Below, piece after piece: positions 1 to 12,808 of a stretch of DNA of 64,000 bases; the first letter of the stretch is position 1, and each line of letters begins with the position of its first letter. Origin of the DNA: Felis catus (lineage: Eukaryota); the NCBI RefSeq assembly GCF_018350175.1, contig NC_058383.1, positions 8,248,001 to 8,312,000 on the forward strand, in the 5' to 3' direction. A model generated the notes under the pieces. It saw only the letters and a program-made list of their open reading frames with translations. It searched no databases and was not told the DNA's origin. The translations under genes and the position numbers were made by a program.

Positions 1-58
1 CAGTGTATGGTACACTTAAACATTCGCCAAGAGGGTAGATCTGACGTTGAGGGTTCTT

Positions 59-1608
59 TTGTTTTTTTAATTTTTTTTTTTTAACATTTATTTATTGTTG
101 AGAGACAGAGAGAGCAAGCGCAGGGGAGGGTCAGAGAGAGGGAAACACAGAATCGAAGCAGGCTCCAGGCTCCGAGCTGTCAGCACAGAGCCTGACGCGG
201 GGCTCGAACCCACAAACCAAGAGATCATGACCCGAGCCGAAGTCAGATGCTTAACTGACTGAGCCACCCAGGCGCCCCTGCAGGGTTTTTGTTTTTTTTT
301 TTTTAAGTCTGTTTATTTATTTTAGAGAGACAGAGTGTGAGCAGGGGAGGGGCAGAGAGAGAGGGAAACACAGAATTCGAAGCAGGCTCCAGGCTCTGAG
401 CTGTCAGCACAGAGCCTGACACGGGACTCGAACCCATAAACTGTGAGATCATGACCTGAGCCGAAGTCAGATGCTTAATCGACTGAACCATCCAGGTGCC
501 CCAAACTTTTAACTTTTTAAAATGTTTTATTTATTTTAAAATTTTTTTTTAACATTTATTTATTTTTGAGACAGAGAGAGACAGAGCATGAACGAGGGGA
601 GGGCCAGAGAGAGAGGGAGACACAGAATCTGAAGCAGGCTCCAGGCTCTGAGCTGCAGCACAGAGCCTGATGCGGGGCTCGAACCCACAAACCAAGAGAT
701 CATGACCCGAGCCGAAGTCAGATGCTTAACTGACTGAGCCACCCAGGCGCCCCTGCAGGGTTTTTTTTTTTTTTTTTTTAAGTCTGTTTATTTATTTTAG
801 AGAGACAGAGTGTGAGCAGGGGAGGGGCAGAGAGAGAGGGAAACACAGAATTCGAAGCAGGCTCCAGGCTCTGAGCTGTCAGCACAGAGCCTGACACGGG
901 ACTCGAACCCATAAACTGTGAGATCATGACCTGAGCCGAAGTCAGATGCTTAATCGACTGAGCCATCCAGGTGCCCCAAACTTTTAACTTTTTAAAATGT
1001 TTTATTTATTTTTAAATTTTTTTTTTAACATTTATTTATTTTTGAGACAGAGAGAGACAGAGCATGAACGGGGGGAGGGCCAGAGAGAGAGGGAGACACA
1101 GAATCTGAAGCAGGCTCCAGGCTCTGAGCTGCAGCACAGAGCCTGATGTGGGGCTCGAACTCACAGACCGTGAGATCATGACCTGAGCGAAGTCGGACGC
1201 TCAACCGACTGAGCCACCCAGGCGCCCCAAAATGTTTTATTTATTTTTGAGAGAGAGAGTGTGTGAGCAGGGGAGGGGCAGAGAGAGAGGGAGACACAGA
1301 ATCCGAAGCAGGCTCCAGGCTCCGAGCTGTCAGCACAGAGCCCGATGCGGGGCTCGAACCCACGAACTGTGAGATCATGACCTGAGCCGAAGTCGGATGC
1401 TTAACCGACTGAGCCACCCAGGCGCCCCTTTTAATAAATTTTTATTTATTTATTTTGAGAATGAGAGAGAGAGAGAGAGTCCCAAGCAAGCTCCGTGCTG
1501 TCAGCGTAGAGCCCGACACAGGGCTCTAACTCACTAACCTCGAGATCATGACCTGAGCTGAGATCAAGAGTTGGACGCCGAACCGACCGAGCCACTCAGG
1601 CCCCCCCC
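59..1608 (-). mobile_element. Cluster of seven same-orientation CAN-SINEs (~59-278, 290-502, 541-752, 761-977, 1017-1228, 1232-1428, 1430-1608)
   Basis: Each has the reverse complement of a GGGGCGCCTGGGTGGCTCAGTCGGTTAAGC-type tRNA-like head, a (CT)n tract and an AATAAA/poly-A tail. Confidence 0.95.
197..1148. repeat. Tandem duplication, two ~475 bp units (~197-672 and ~673-1148)
   Basis: The units are near-identical, including the non-SINE spacers cccctgcagggtttt and aaactttttaactttttaaaatg. ORFs 303-491 and 778-966 are effectively identical. Confidence 0.92.
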
Positions 1609-4299
1609 GCCTTTGAGGGTTCTTATCACAAAATAACAATACTAATAAATAAAGAGGGTGAGAGGAATGTTACGGAGGTGCTGGGTGTGTTTACGGTTAG
1701 ATTGTGCTGCTGGTTTGCGGAGTGTATATTTATCTCTGAATTCATCAAGTGGTATCCATTGATTACATATGGCTTTTAGTTTGTCAGTGTCTCAGTAAAG
1801 TGGTTTAGAGACACTGTCATGTTTCCAAATGTCCTGCTGTGAGGTCTCTCCTGGAGGGGAGAAAACCTTATCCCCAGGAATGCTAACCAAACGCTCAGCG
1901 ATCCCACCGATCCCGCCGCAGGACTGATTAAAAGAAGCCTTCCTAGCAGCAAAACTGCAAGTCATTAGCTGGCAGCTTTTTCATGTGTGACCGTTGGGTG
2001 GCCCGGTTCAGAGCACTCTGCGGCATGGCGGTGGATTTGGTTTTGTTTTGATCCCACGGCGAAAGCCACCAACAAATCCAAGTGCATTAGCCGGGCCCCG
2101 CTGCGGTGGCCAGGTTCCTGGGAGCAGGAGAGGTGCGGAGCCCCCACCCCCACTCGCTCCCGGTGGCCCCTGGGGACCCTCCTGGCGGTGGGCTGGGGGG
2201 GGGGGGGCGGGTGTTCCTGGGAGGAAAGCCCTTTAATCAGCGGGGCTGCAGGGGAAATGGCTCTTCGGAAACAAACCAAGAACTTGATGTCAAGACAGAG
2301 TTGTGATGCCCGTCTGGTGATTTTGCGCCTTTCTTGTGGCCAGACGGCGGGGCCTGGAGGCCCTGGGGGAAGCAGCCGGATGAGAGCAGCGGAAAGGTGA
2401 GGGGGCAGGTGGGGGAGAAGGTCTGACCAGAGGGACACTTGCCTTCGATCAATCGCTTCAATCGCGGTTGAGAACAAAGCCGGGCGAGGAATTGCCTTCT
2501 ACCCACCGACCTCCGGGGGCAGCTCTTGCTTCTCTGGCAGCTGCAGTCTTCGGCCCGTGCACATCGGGGCTGCTGGAGAAAACCTTCTGGAACTTAGCTG
2601 TGTTCACATCGTGTCCTTGCTTTAAAAACTGCTCTGATGGCGCCCCTGGCTGCAGGCCAAGGCTGAACTGCCCCCTCCCCCACCCCCACCCCAGGGCCAC
2701 TCCAGCCCCACAGAACTGCTCTGCCAGCTTATAGGTCTCTGCAGACACCAGAGAACGTTCCAGAAGACGTTCCAGATGAACATTCATTCCTCAGCCCTGA
2801 CTGGAGTCACACTGATGCTGGATGCTGGGGGTACGCGGAGTCGAGCGTGATCTGGTCTTTTCTATCCCTGGCCTCCGCCGGCATTGGGGGTCTGGAGGAA
2901 GTCAGATTTCGTGCGTCCTGGGAGGGACCCGCGAGGCCTGGACCGACGGCGCACAGGAGCGAGAAGGGAGGCGGTGCCAGGATAGCGCTAGGGGACGGCG
3001 TGAAGCCACGTGGCAGGCCAGGGCGTCGAAGGTGCCGTCCAGGGAAGAGCCTCAGGAAGAAAGATGTTTTGGTGTGTGGATGCTGAGCCTGCATTTTGAG
3101 CCTGGGGACTGAGTGGTGCTGGGACATCGTGGTGAAGACGGACGACCGGGGCCTTCTGCGTGGAAGCCTGGCGCGGACGAGCTCCCTCAGGGCGGGCACA
3201 GAGCCTCAAGGGACCTGGGGACCTCAACATCTAGATGAGGCTCAGAGAGGGAGGAGGCTGGAGCTCAGCGTATAAGAGCCAGGGGTTGGGATGTGTTCTG
3301 TCACCAAAAGCCGGGGACAAGGAGGGCAGAGAAGAGGCCCTGGGCCAGCCAGTGGAGATGTAGCTGGTAGTGCGGAGGGGACAGGAGGCCAGCGGGCCGA
3401 GGGACAAGTCTGGGCGAAGGATGTGAGCCTGGGAGTGTGGCCTCCTCTTTTGAGTACTGTGGCCCCAAAGACGAGGAGAGACCAGGTCTGTAATATCCCC
3501 GGGCACGGGGATCAGGATTTGACACAAGAGCCTGGAACGTGCGGATCTTGGGAGAAAGATCCAGCGCAGAATAGACACAAAAGCATGGGAAACATGGGGG
3601 TTGGGAGGTGGGCCTCCTGATCCCAGGTAAGCTGAGGGGTGGAGAGGGCCCCTGCTTTCCCGAGCCGGGGAGTGGGAAGCTTGGGGGGCCGGGGAGGAAG
3701 TGGGTACGCTCCCCCACCTGTGGGCTCAGGGCTCCGGCGGATCTGATCAGGAGGTGGTGCGGGGGGGGCGGGCAGGTGTTGTTCCAGGCTGTGTGGATGG
3801 CGGATGGCCCCTCGGCAGCCCCAGCCTGGGGTGTTGCTGGGCAAACAGGCTGCAAGGCCAGGAGGCAGGGGAGCCCGGGTGAAGACGGACGGGAGCCCGT
3901 GGATGGGAGGGGATGGCGGGGGCTGGGGTGAGGCACTGGGGGTCCGAGTTCTGTGTGATGGGCGGGATTGGCTCTCCCAGCAGAGCCAGGCACCTCGTCC
4001 TCAGGTGAGCACCCAGGCCCTTGCCCGCTCTGGTCATCTGCCTCCTATCTCTGTGCTTCAGTTTTTAAAATTTATTTATTTTTGAGAGAGAAAGAGAGAG
4101 AGGGAGTGTGTGTGAGCAGGAGGGGGCAGGGCAGAGAGAGGATCCAAAGCAGGCTCTGCACTGAGGGCAGAGAGCCCGATGCGGAGCTCGGCTTCCCTTC
4201 CAGTGACCACGTCAGGTCTGGTGCTGAACAAATGTCAGTTGGCCAGATGGCTTAGAATTGCCCTATTCTGTTTCGTTTCGTTTTGTTTTTTAACCCCCC

Positions 4300-4525
4300 T
4301 TTTTTTTTTTCAAAGCGTAACTTAAAGCCAATAAAATGCGGTTGGTAGAGCTGTAGGGCAAAATACAATCTCCAAGCCTACGGCTGGATGCGTTTCTACA
4401 CGTGTTCACACTCAGGTGACCCGATCACATGTCCGATCCAGAGAGAGAGCCTTCCCAGCACCTCGAGGCTTCTGTGTGCCCCTGCCCAGGCAGCACCCCC
4501 AGGTGTGACCACTGTTCTGATTTCT
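4300..4525 (-). mobile_element. Old L1 (L1ME-like) 3' fragment
   Basis: Resembles an L1ME 3' end (…accactgttctgatttct). Confidence 0.45.
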
Positions 4526-4539
4526 TTAAAAATTAAAAA

Positions 4540-4957
4540 AAAATATTTATTTATTTTGAGAGAGACAGAGTGCAAGCAGGGGAGGGGCAGAGAGAGAGAG
4601 AGAGAATCCAAAGTAGGCTCCTGGCAGTGACCAGAGCCTGACTCAGGGCTCGAACTCATGAAACCACAGGATCATGACCTGAGCCGAAGTCAGATGCTCG
4701 AACTGAGCCACCCAGGCTCCCCAAAGGCTGCCATTTTCTAAAAATTTTTTTTTCAACGTTTATTTATTTTTGGGACAGAGAGAGACAGAGCATGAATGGG
4801 GGAGGGGCAGAGAGAGAGGGAGACACAGAATCGGAAACAGGCTCCAGGCTCTGAGCCATCAGCCCAGAGCTTGACGCGGGGCTCGAACTCACGGACCGCG
4901 AGATCGTGACCTGAGCTGAAGTCGGACGCTTAACCGACTGCGCCTCCCAGGCGCCCC
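4540..4957 (-). mobile_element. Two adjacent CAN-SINEs; the second (4744-4957) is a young feline-type copy
   Basis: SINE head and tail motifs. The second copy has TSD aaagg(c/g)tgccattttc at 4723-4738 and 4958-4973. Confidence 0.9.
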
Positions 4958-6281
4958 AAAGGGTGCCATTTTCAAACAAAGAGGTTGAGGCCCAGAGATT
5001 GGGGGCCGCCCAAGGTCACCCAGGGAGTCACAGGCTGAGCCAGCGTGAGACCCCCTGTTTCCTGACTCATGGGATGGTGATTTGTCCCCAAAGAGGATGG
5101 AAATACAGACTCCAGAGCTTCCTCAACACTGGTGCCCCTTAGTGGGTTCAGGGAGGCCAGTTCCACACGTCGCTTGGTGCTTGACTGTCCACGGCCCTGT
5201 GGCCGGCGGGTCTCAGACGCCTGAGCGGTCCGAGCTCTCGCTTCCTGACCCCCAACACAGAGACGTTGGCGGAAGCAGCAGCCTTTTTTTGGTGCACCAA
5301 CTGTGAGCCAGAGCCGGCTTGAGGGCTTCTGGGCTTCCTGACTCTCCCGTCCCTGGCCTCCCGGTCAGTGCCTTGGGAGTGGATTTCCACTTCTCTCCCG
5401 AACGTTTGTCACTCTGTAGAGTTCTCTGAGGGACTCCTCAGGGGAGGGGTGTGGGCGCTGCTGAGCACTGGACTTCGTTGTGAGACCGTAGCTGGTTGGC
5501 ACACTGGTTAAATCGATGGCCTGGCTGGAGCGGATGTGGGAGGCCGGGCCGATTCAGCTCCCGGGGAAGGCGGGCCAGGGCTGCTCACCCATGGGGGTGT
5601 GGGAAGGGCTCTAAAGGAGCATCGGGGATCGGCATCTTGTAGATTAGAGACGCCAGTATGTGTATGATGCTAACAGAATACAGTGGACATCCAGATGCGT
5701 CATCCATCCAATGCCTAATTACGATCCTGGGAGGTATATCAATGAGTGTGAATAAAACTAGCTGCCAGTCCCTGAGAGCTGGTCCAGTGTCCTCCCGCCC
5801 CGTTCCAGGGCCCCTACAGGACTTCATCATCTGGCGTCCACAATTCTTCGTAGTGTTGTTATTATCTTGATTTTGCATACCGGGAACTTGGTATCAGATG
5901 CCTTGGTTTACACCACTTTTACAGGTGAGGGGAGTGGACAGAGGAGGGAGAGGAGGGTCCCCTGGTACCCATCTGATCCCTGATCGCTGCACCCTGGCTG
6001 CTGACGGTGTCGTCCCGGTGACGGCCCGGTCACGGGACCGCCAGGAAAAGGGTGGGCCCTCCCGGTGCATCTGGCCAGAGCCGAGATTCTTTCTCAAACA
6101 CATCTGCTTGTTGCAATTTGCAGCTTCTCTCCCCTCGTGCATATTCGATACAGTCTCTAAATGTGGGCGAAGCAAATGTTTGCATTAAGGAATCCTGTTT
6201 TTAATGGGCCTTCATTCTGATTTCAAACAAAGATGCTTTCCCACGGGAAATGATCCGCTGGTAAGGTATGTTAGAATTCGA

Positions 6282-6505
6282 GGGGTGCCTGGGTGGCTCA
6301 GTCAGTGGAGCGTTTGACTTCGGCTCAGGTCATGATCTCGTGGTTCTTGAGTTCAAGCCCCGCGTTGGGTTCTGTGCTGACGGCTCAGAGCCTGGAGCCT
6401 GCTCGGGAGTCTGTGTCTCCCTCTGTCTCTGCCCCTCCCCCACGTGCACTCTCTCTGTTTCTCTCAAAGGAAATGAACATTAAACAACAAATTAAAAAAA
6501 AAAAG
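6282..6505 (+). mobile_element. CAN-SINE
   Basis: ggggtgcctgggtggctcagtcagt head, CT tract and A tail. Confidence 0.92.
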
Positions 6506-9273
6506 AATTGGAACGTGAGGATCCTAAACTTGTTTCTTCCAGTATACCAGTCATGTGCGTTTAATCCTCCCACCGAACTCATTCATTCACAATCATTTTC
6601 CTTTGTCACCCACCTGACGCCAGAGGCTGCCATGGAGACACAAGTTGAATGGATTTCTGCCGCCAGGGACAGCAGAAAGAGACAGGAAGAGATGGTGTAC
6701 CCCCTAGGGCACACAGTGGCTGGGAGCAGGTGGGCAGAGTTGGGGGCACCAAGAGGAGGGGGTCCAGCCTGTCCAAAGGGACAGCGAAGGTTTGGGAGAG
6801 GAGGGGTCAGGTGGGGAGGAGGGGGCTTTCCTAAAAGACACTGCTGTGGGCTGAGGGCCCAGGCACAGCTCAGCCTGGGGAGGGGGAGGCAGTGGGCCAG
6901 AGAGTGGCCACCGGAGGGCCAGACAAGGCTCAGTGATGGAGAGTGGCAGGAGTGGGACCTCAGTCCGCACCACCGCTGCCCCTTCTTTCTTCATTTTCAC
7001 GTGCGGTCAACACATGGTCACTGATGGGCGCCCCGTGCTACACTCAGCCAGGGGCGGGGGTGACAAGGGCTCGGGGTACCCGCCCTCTGGAGGCGGGCCA
7101 GGTAGACCGGGCTGGTAGGCTGCAGCCCGCACCTGTCCACGACGCGCCCCACCCAGGTGGCTTTGTTTCGCCGGAAATTCTCGGTAAGCCCCTGGCTTGG
7201 GGACGATTTTGCAGGTGTCTGCAGAGCTCCCCTCCTGGAGAGCGCGTGGGCACCTCCAGCCCCCCGAGGAGCCCCCCTAGCTGGCTGGTGGGCACCAGGA
7301 AGCCACTCGCTCGGCCAGTCTGGTTTTCCAACTGTTTGACTCCCAGGCGAGAGGCAGCGTCACTCTCTCTGGGCCTTCTGCCAAGGTGAGCGCGATGGCC
7401 TCTACCAGCCCCCCGGCTTCACTCCGCGCCCCCCGCCGGCCCCAGCTCCAGGAGCGGGTGGAGGCCCAGAGAGGGATGGGGCCAGTCCGCGGTCACACGG
7501 TGAACCCAGGGCTCCGGAAGCTCTTGTGGAGAAGGCCCCTGCAACCCACTGGCTCATCTCAGATGGAGAGTGTAGGGTCCTGTGGTGTCTAACCCGTGTT
7601 AGTTTCCCTGGTACCTGCTGGGGGTGGTTCACTGAGCCGCCAGCCGCGTGTGCTTGTAGCAAGACGCCTCCAAGAGGTCGGGAGGAAAGGGAGGCTTGAG
7701 ACGCCCGAAGAAGAGGCAGACTCCATAAACAGCAGGATTTAATTCGGAATGCTGTGTTCATTCCCCGCTGGCATCTGAGTTGCTTCAAGCCCTTTGCAGG
7801 GGGATTGAGGGGTTCCTTGGAGACTCAAAGCCAGCCGCGGGCTGCGAAGGGAGGGGGGCACCCAGCTGGGCCCGGCGTTCGGACTCGGAGCCCCGCTCTT
7901 TTGGAAACGGACGCAGGCCTCGGAGGTGTTCTCGCAAGAGACTCGCGGGGTCGTAGTTGTGTGTGATCTTCGGGATATCAAATGCCAAATTCCATCCTCG
8001 TTCCCTCTCGGCACTCACATTCTTCAGATTCTTATCAGTTTTTCTTTTCCCCCCCTCAAGTGAACACTGGGAACCAGTCTCCCTGCTGACTGTGGGAGGG
8101 TGGGAGAAAATTAAAAGCAGGAGTCCTGGCGTCCGTCCCGACCCTGCCACCAGCTTGCTGCCCGCCCCCGCCTTGGGTCCTTCGCTTCTCGGGGCCTCGT
8201 GGGCTCACCTGTAAAGAGGGGGCTGGAACAAGGTCGTCTTCGCGGGACCCCTCGCGGTGCAAAGCTTTCGTAATTCCCCTTCCAAGTCCACCGCGAGATG
8301 CTTTGGAGACGATGTTCCTGAACGAATGCTGTCCGCTTCCCAGAGCGGGAGCCCCTTGTAGCGCACCAGCAGCCATGGGAGCTCAGGAGCGGTGGCCTTT
8401 CCGTGGGCGCGTCCCTCCCCCGGACAGCGCTGCAGTGACACTCTCAGAGACGGGGCCGGGGGATGTTCCGGTGAGTCTGCACCTCCGTGCCGGCAGTCCC
8501 CTCGATGGCCTTTGGCTGTGCATAACCACAGTCACAAACCCCGAGAGTAAACCACTCATGTTCCTTTACAAGTGACAAAATGCCTCGCACTCATGTTTAT
8601 TTTCTCTGCTCTCGGGCTGCGTGTCGTCTCGCCCATTTTATAGATGAGCCAGCTGAGGCTCAGGCGTGGTAAAGCCCGTCCAGCCAGGCAGAGCAGGACC
8701 GGCCCTGGCGGCTGGCTCTCTTGACCCACCCACGTCCCGGGCACTTTTCACCATCCCGGGTTGGCGAGGGCCCACGGCGGTCACGCGGCTGGTCTCGCGG
8801 CTGGTCTCGGGCCTCGCGTGAGGCAGGGGCTCTGTGAACCTTTATGGGAACAGTGAGCGAAGCCACCTTGGCCCACGCCGTCCAGGGCCGGCACCGCGGC
8901 TGGCAGGCAGCAGCGGGGGTCACGAGGCACGTGCTACGCTGAAGTTGACGGAAACAAAACGTTTACGCCCAGAGAAGCCTAAAACCCTGAACCAAGGCGC
9001 TGGCCGTCTGAACAGGAGCCTGGAGAAGCGCAGTCCACGTGTCTGTAGTCGTTCCTACAGGTGTTACTGCTCTTGAGACGTCCTGGCAGCCCTTGGAAAG
9101 TGGGCTCCCGTTTTATAGATGAGGAAACTGAGGCTCTGAGGTTGAGACTTGCCCAAAGCCGTGAGGTCAGGAAATGGTGCAAGTAGGACACAAGTTAGGC
9201 CTCCTGGCTTCACATATTTATGCCTGACGGCAGGTTGTTTTGTCTGGGATGCTTTTAAAAAATGCGAGTCATA

Positions 9274-9723
9274 GGGGCGCCTGGGTGGCGCAGTCGGTTA
9301 AGCGTCCGACTTCAGCCAGGTCACGATCTCGCGGTCCGTGAGTTCGAGCCCCGCGTCGGGCTCTGGGCTGATGGCTCAGAGCCTGGAGCCTGTTTCCGAT
9401 TCTGTGTCTCCCTGTCTCTCTGCCCCTCGCCTGTTCATGCTCTGTCTCTCTCTGTCCCAAAAATAAATAAACGTTGAAAAAAAAAATTAAAAAAAAAATG
9501 CGAGTCATAGAGGGGCACCTGGGTGGCTGAGTCGGTTGAGCGTCCGACTTCGGCTCAGGTCGTGATCTCGCGGTTTGTGAGTTCGAGCCCCGCATCAGGC
9601 TCTGTGCTGATGGCTCGGAGACCGGAGCCTGCTTCGGATTCTGTGTCTCCCTCTCCCTCTGCCCCTTGCCCGCTCGTGCTCCGTCTCTCTCTCTCTCAAA
9701 ACTAAATAAACATAAAAAAAAAA
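9274..9723 (+). mobile_element. Two tandem CAN-SINEs (young SINEC_Fc-type 9274-9498; older 9512-9723)
   Basis: Young copy has the diagnostic ggcgcagtcgg…cttcagccaggtcacgatctcgcgg and a perfect TSD aaaaaatgcgagtcata at 9257-9273 and 9493-9509. Confidence 0.95.
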
Positions 9724-9734
9724 TGTGAGCCATA

Positions 9735-10180
9735 AAACCCTACTGATGTGGGCTTAAACAACAAAGTCGTTTAAGGTTTCACATGTTAAGAAATGGGTGG
9801 CTCAAGGGTTGATTGATTCGGCCGCATCAAATGCTCAAGGACCCTGCTTTTTGCTCTGCTTTCCTTAGGCTCTCTTCCCTTGTGGCTCTAAGGTGGCTGC
9901 CACAGCTCCAGGCATCACATCCTCATGCAACTGTATACAGAAATAGGGAGGAGCTTCTCTTCCTGAGTCCTCCCTCCCCCATAGACGATGATATTTTCCA
10001 GAAGCCCCTCAGCTGACTTCCTCTTACTTGTCACTGACCAGAAATGAATGAACATGTCCACACCTCAACCAGTGAGATTATGGTTTTACTCACCTTTCTT
10101 GAACTTACTGATGCCCAGAGTCTGAAGAGAACCGGGGTCTGTTAGCAAAGAAGGAGGAGATGATTGTTGGGGACACATGT
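9735..10180 (-). mobile_element. MaLR solo LTR fragment (MLT1J/K-like)
   Basis: Motifs ggcttaaacaacaaag, aaggtggctgccacagctccaggcatcacatcc and gggtctgttagcaaagaagg. Confidence 0.6.
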
Positions 10181-10584
10181 GTCATATAGGAGAGGTCAGT
10201 TAGGCACCTGTCTCCATCACTGTCTATTGTAAAGGACACTGTCCCCCAGAGTGCCGGCTGCAGGGGGCCCTAGGCTCCCTGTTCTGTGCCCTGTGGGTCC
10301 CCCACACCTGACTGGACCGGGGTGGGTATCCGACCAAGGCAGGTGGGCCCCAGCACGCGTGGCCAGAGGAGCTTGGCCAACCAGAGTCTCTGTCTCAGGA
10401 AATGGAACTGGGAGAGAATGAGGCTGTTCCTTCAGCGCCGCTCCAAATGTGGTCTGCGAGGAAAGAAGTGCCCATCGGCACGTTAACCGGGTCCATCGCT
10501 AAGTGTGTATTTTTCTTTCGGGGGAAGCTATTCAGCCTGCCTGGCTTCTGTAACACAGGCATGGTGATAGCTCTTACCTAGTGG

Positions 10585-10795
10585 TTTTTTTGTTTTTTAA
10601 TGTTTATTTATTTTTGAAAGAAAGAGAGCGTGAGCAGGGGAGGGGCAGAGAGAGAGGGAGACACAGAATCCGAAGCAGGCTCCAGGCTCCGAGCTGTCAG
10701 CACAGAGCCTGACGTGGGGCTCGAACTCACGAACCGTGAGATCATGACCTGAGCTGAAGTCGGACGCTTAACCGACTGAGCCACCCAGGAGCCCC
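10585..10795 (-). mobile_element. CAN-SINE
   Basis: Reverse-complement SINE head and tail. Confidence 0.92.
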
Positions 10796-10839
10796 CTCCT
10801 GTTTTCGTTTCCAACCTCTGTCGAGTGGATAGGGTCACT

Positions 10840-10930
10840 TTCCTTACGCAGCGTCACCGGAAAGCCTGTTACAAGGGCATGTTCCTGGGCTCGTCTCCAC
10901 GGGACCCGAGTCAGCAGGCGGTTTTGAGAG
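10840..10930. mobile_element. MER5A-like hAT-Charlie MITE fragment
   Basis: Reverse complement resembles the MER5 core (…gcccaggaacatgcccttgtaacaggctttccggtgac…). Confidence 0.4.
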
Positions 10931-11791
10931 ACGGTCCATTTGAGAAGGACCACCGAGGAGGACACACTGCTGGGTCCTGTCCTGATCTTGGACACACAGA
11001 AAGCTCTGGCTTCTGTAGAGGTCACTCGCGGGCCAAATGCCTCACGGTCCCGGGTGGACGCTGAAGACAGTCGGTCGGTCCAGAACAAATGTGTGGCGCC
11101 TGACTGCACAAAAGTCCTAGTGAGTTCCATTTCTGGTGGTGGGATCTGTGTCGCCAGAGCGTTTCTCAGCAGGTGGCCTCCCGAACTGCGTGTGGGAATG
11201 CCGATCCCATGGAAGACATTTAGCACCAAACTCTGGCAGCTTGTTGCCTCTGGCACTCCTGTTGATGGGAGTCATCCTGGGCCGCTATCGCGATGCTCCA
11301 AACCACGCCGTCTGTTTGGCCAAATCGTATACTCCCTCCGCTGCCCGCGTGCGAATGGGAAATTCGATCCGTAAGTGGCTGATGCGCCATGTGGGGTTCG
11401 TTCCAGCCTTGTCTCAGGTGGGGGAGGCCTCAGGAATTCCTCACCGTGGAATGTGCTAGAGAATGAATACAGACGGTGACGAGGCGGCACAGCTGTGCTC
11501 CCTGTCGCCCGCGGGCCCGAATTTGAACCCACACGCCTCGTTCTCCCGTCCGGCCTCAGTGCTGGACCCCAGACTCCATGTCATTGCTGTCCTGGTTTAC
11601 AGAAAGACTAGGTCCGTGGGGCTTGCGGGTCAGTATCCTTTCCTTCTGAAGGTTGGTGACGTTAAAATGACTTAAATTCTCCCCTGGTATTGCCTCAAAA
11701 CGGACAACTCCAATAAAAACTATCGAGGGACACCGGCAGACCTGTCTGCTTATGCAGATGCTCCTGAGTTGCTACTGGCACTCAGTTCCCC

Positions 11792-12808
11792 GGGGGGCCT
11801 GGGTGGCTCAGTCAGTTAAGCATCTGACTTCGGCTCAGGTCATGGTCTTGGGGTTCGTGGGTTCGAGCCCCGAGTCAGGCTCTGCACTGACAGAGTGGAG
11901 TCTGTTTGGGATTCTCTCTCTGTGCCCCTTCCCAACTCATGCTGTCTCGGTCTGTCTCAAAATGCATAAACAAGACCGTCACCCCGGACAGTGGCGCACG
12001 TGGTTGAGAGAGGGAGAGAAGCATTAGCCACAGAGACACTCACCTTATTGGGAGAGACTTGGCCACGGTCTACGGTTGGCAGGTTTGGACCCAGTTTGTC
12101 CGAAGGGAGAACCGAAAATGGAGAGACCGTCTCAAGGGGAGAGGCGTGGGCTTCAGCTCTGAGCACCTTCACGGACTCTGTCCATTTCTCCGGATTGGCC
12201 CAGCCTCTGGCCTCTGTCCCTTTCTACTGCCATCAGAGTTTTCTCGTTGAATCCCACCGAGTGGGTTCCCCTCTGGTTAAAAAACCTTCGGTGTTGGGGC
12301 ACCTGGGTGGTTCAGTCGGTTAAGCATCTGACTTTGGCTCAGGTCATGACCTCACGGTTCGTGAGTTCGAGTCCCACATCGTGTGAGCCCTGCTTCTCTC
12401 TCTTTCTCTCCCTCTCTCTCTGCCCCTGGTGGGCTTCTCTCTCTCTCACTCACTTGCACCCTCTCTCTTTCTCAAAAAACCCAAAAAACAAAAAACCCTG
12501 TGGTTTTGCCTCCTCTTTTCCAATAGGGTGAGTCTCATGTATCTTTACCCTCTCCCCACCGAGTGGGTGTCCTGCCTCTGCCGCCCCTCCCAGGCGCCCT
12601 CTATCACCATCGTGGCGGCTCTCCCAGGAGCAGAGAGAGAGAGAGAGAGAGAGCAGAGGAGGGGCAGAGAGAGAGAGAGGGAGACACAGAATCCAAAGCA
12701 GGCTCCAGGCTCTGAGCTGTCAGCACAGAGCCCAACGCAGGGCTTGAACCCGTGAACCTCGAGGTCATGAAGTCGCTCACTCAACCGACTGAGCCACCCA
12801 GGTGCCCC
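11792..12808. mobile_element. Three CAN-SINEs (+11792-11972, +12296-12495, -12630-12808, the last lacking its tail)
   Basis: SINE head and CT tract motifs. Confidence 0.85.

Larger units (their letters stand above)
1..1810 (+). mobile_element. Old L1 (L1MA/L1MB-like) 3' UTR fragment split by a SINE nest
   Basis: 1-58 and 1613-1810 resemble an L1M 3' end. ttgagggttctt is duplicated at 47-58 and 1613-1624. Confidence 0.7.

Noticed and set aside
6293..7024. 243-aa ORF
   Set aside because: It starts inside a SINE, runs through its A-tail, and has no recognisable domain.
9274..9360. tRNA-like A and B boxes
   Set aside because: This is the head of a tRNA-derived SINE, not a tRNA gene; the same applies to all copies.
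10840..11730. CpG-rich stretch with 144-162 aa ORFs and an AATAAA, considered as a processed pseudogene
   Set aside because: No recognisable protein, poly-A tail or TSD. The ends resemble MER5 and MIR fragments. A BLASTX hit would reopen this.
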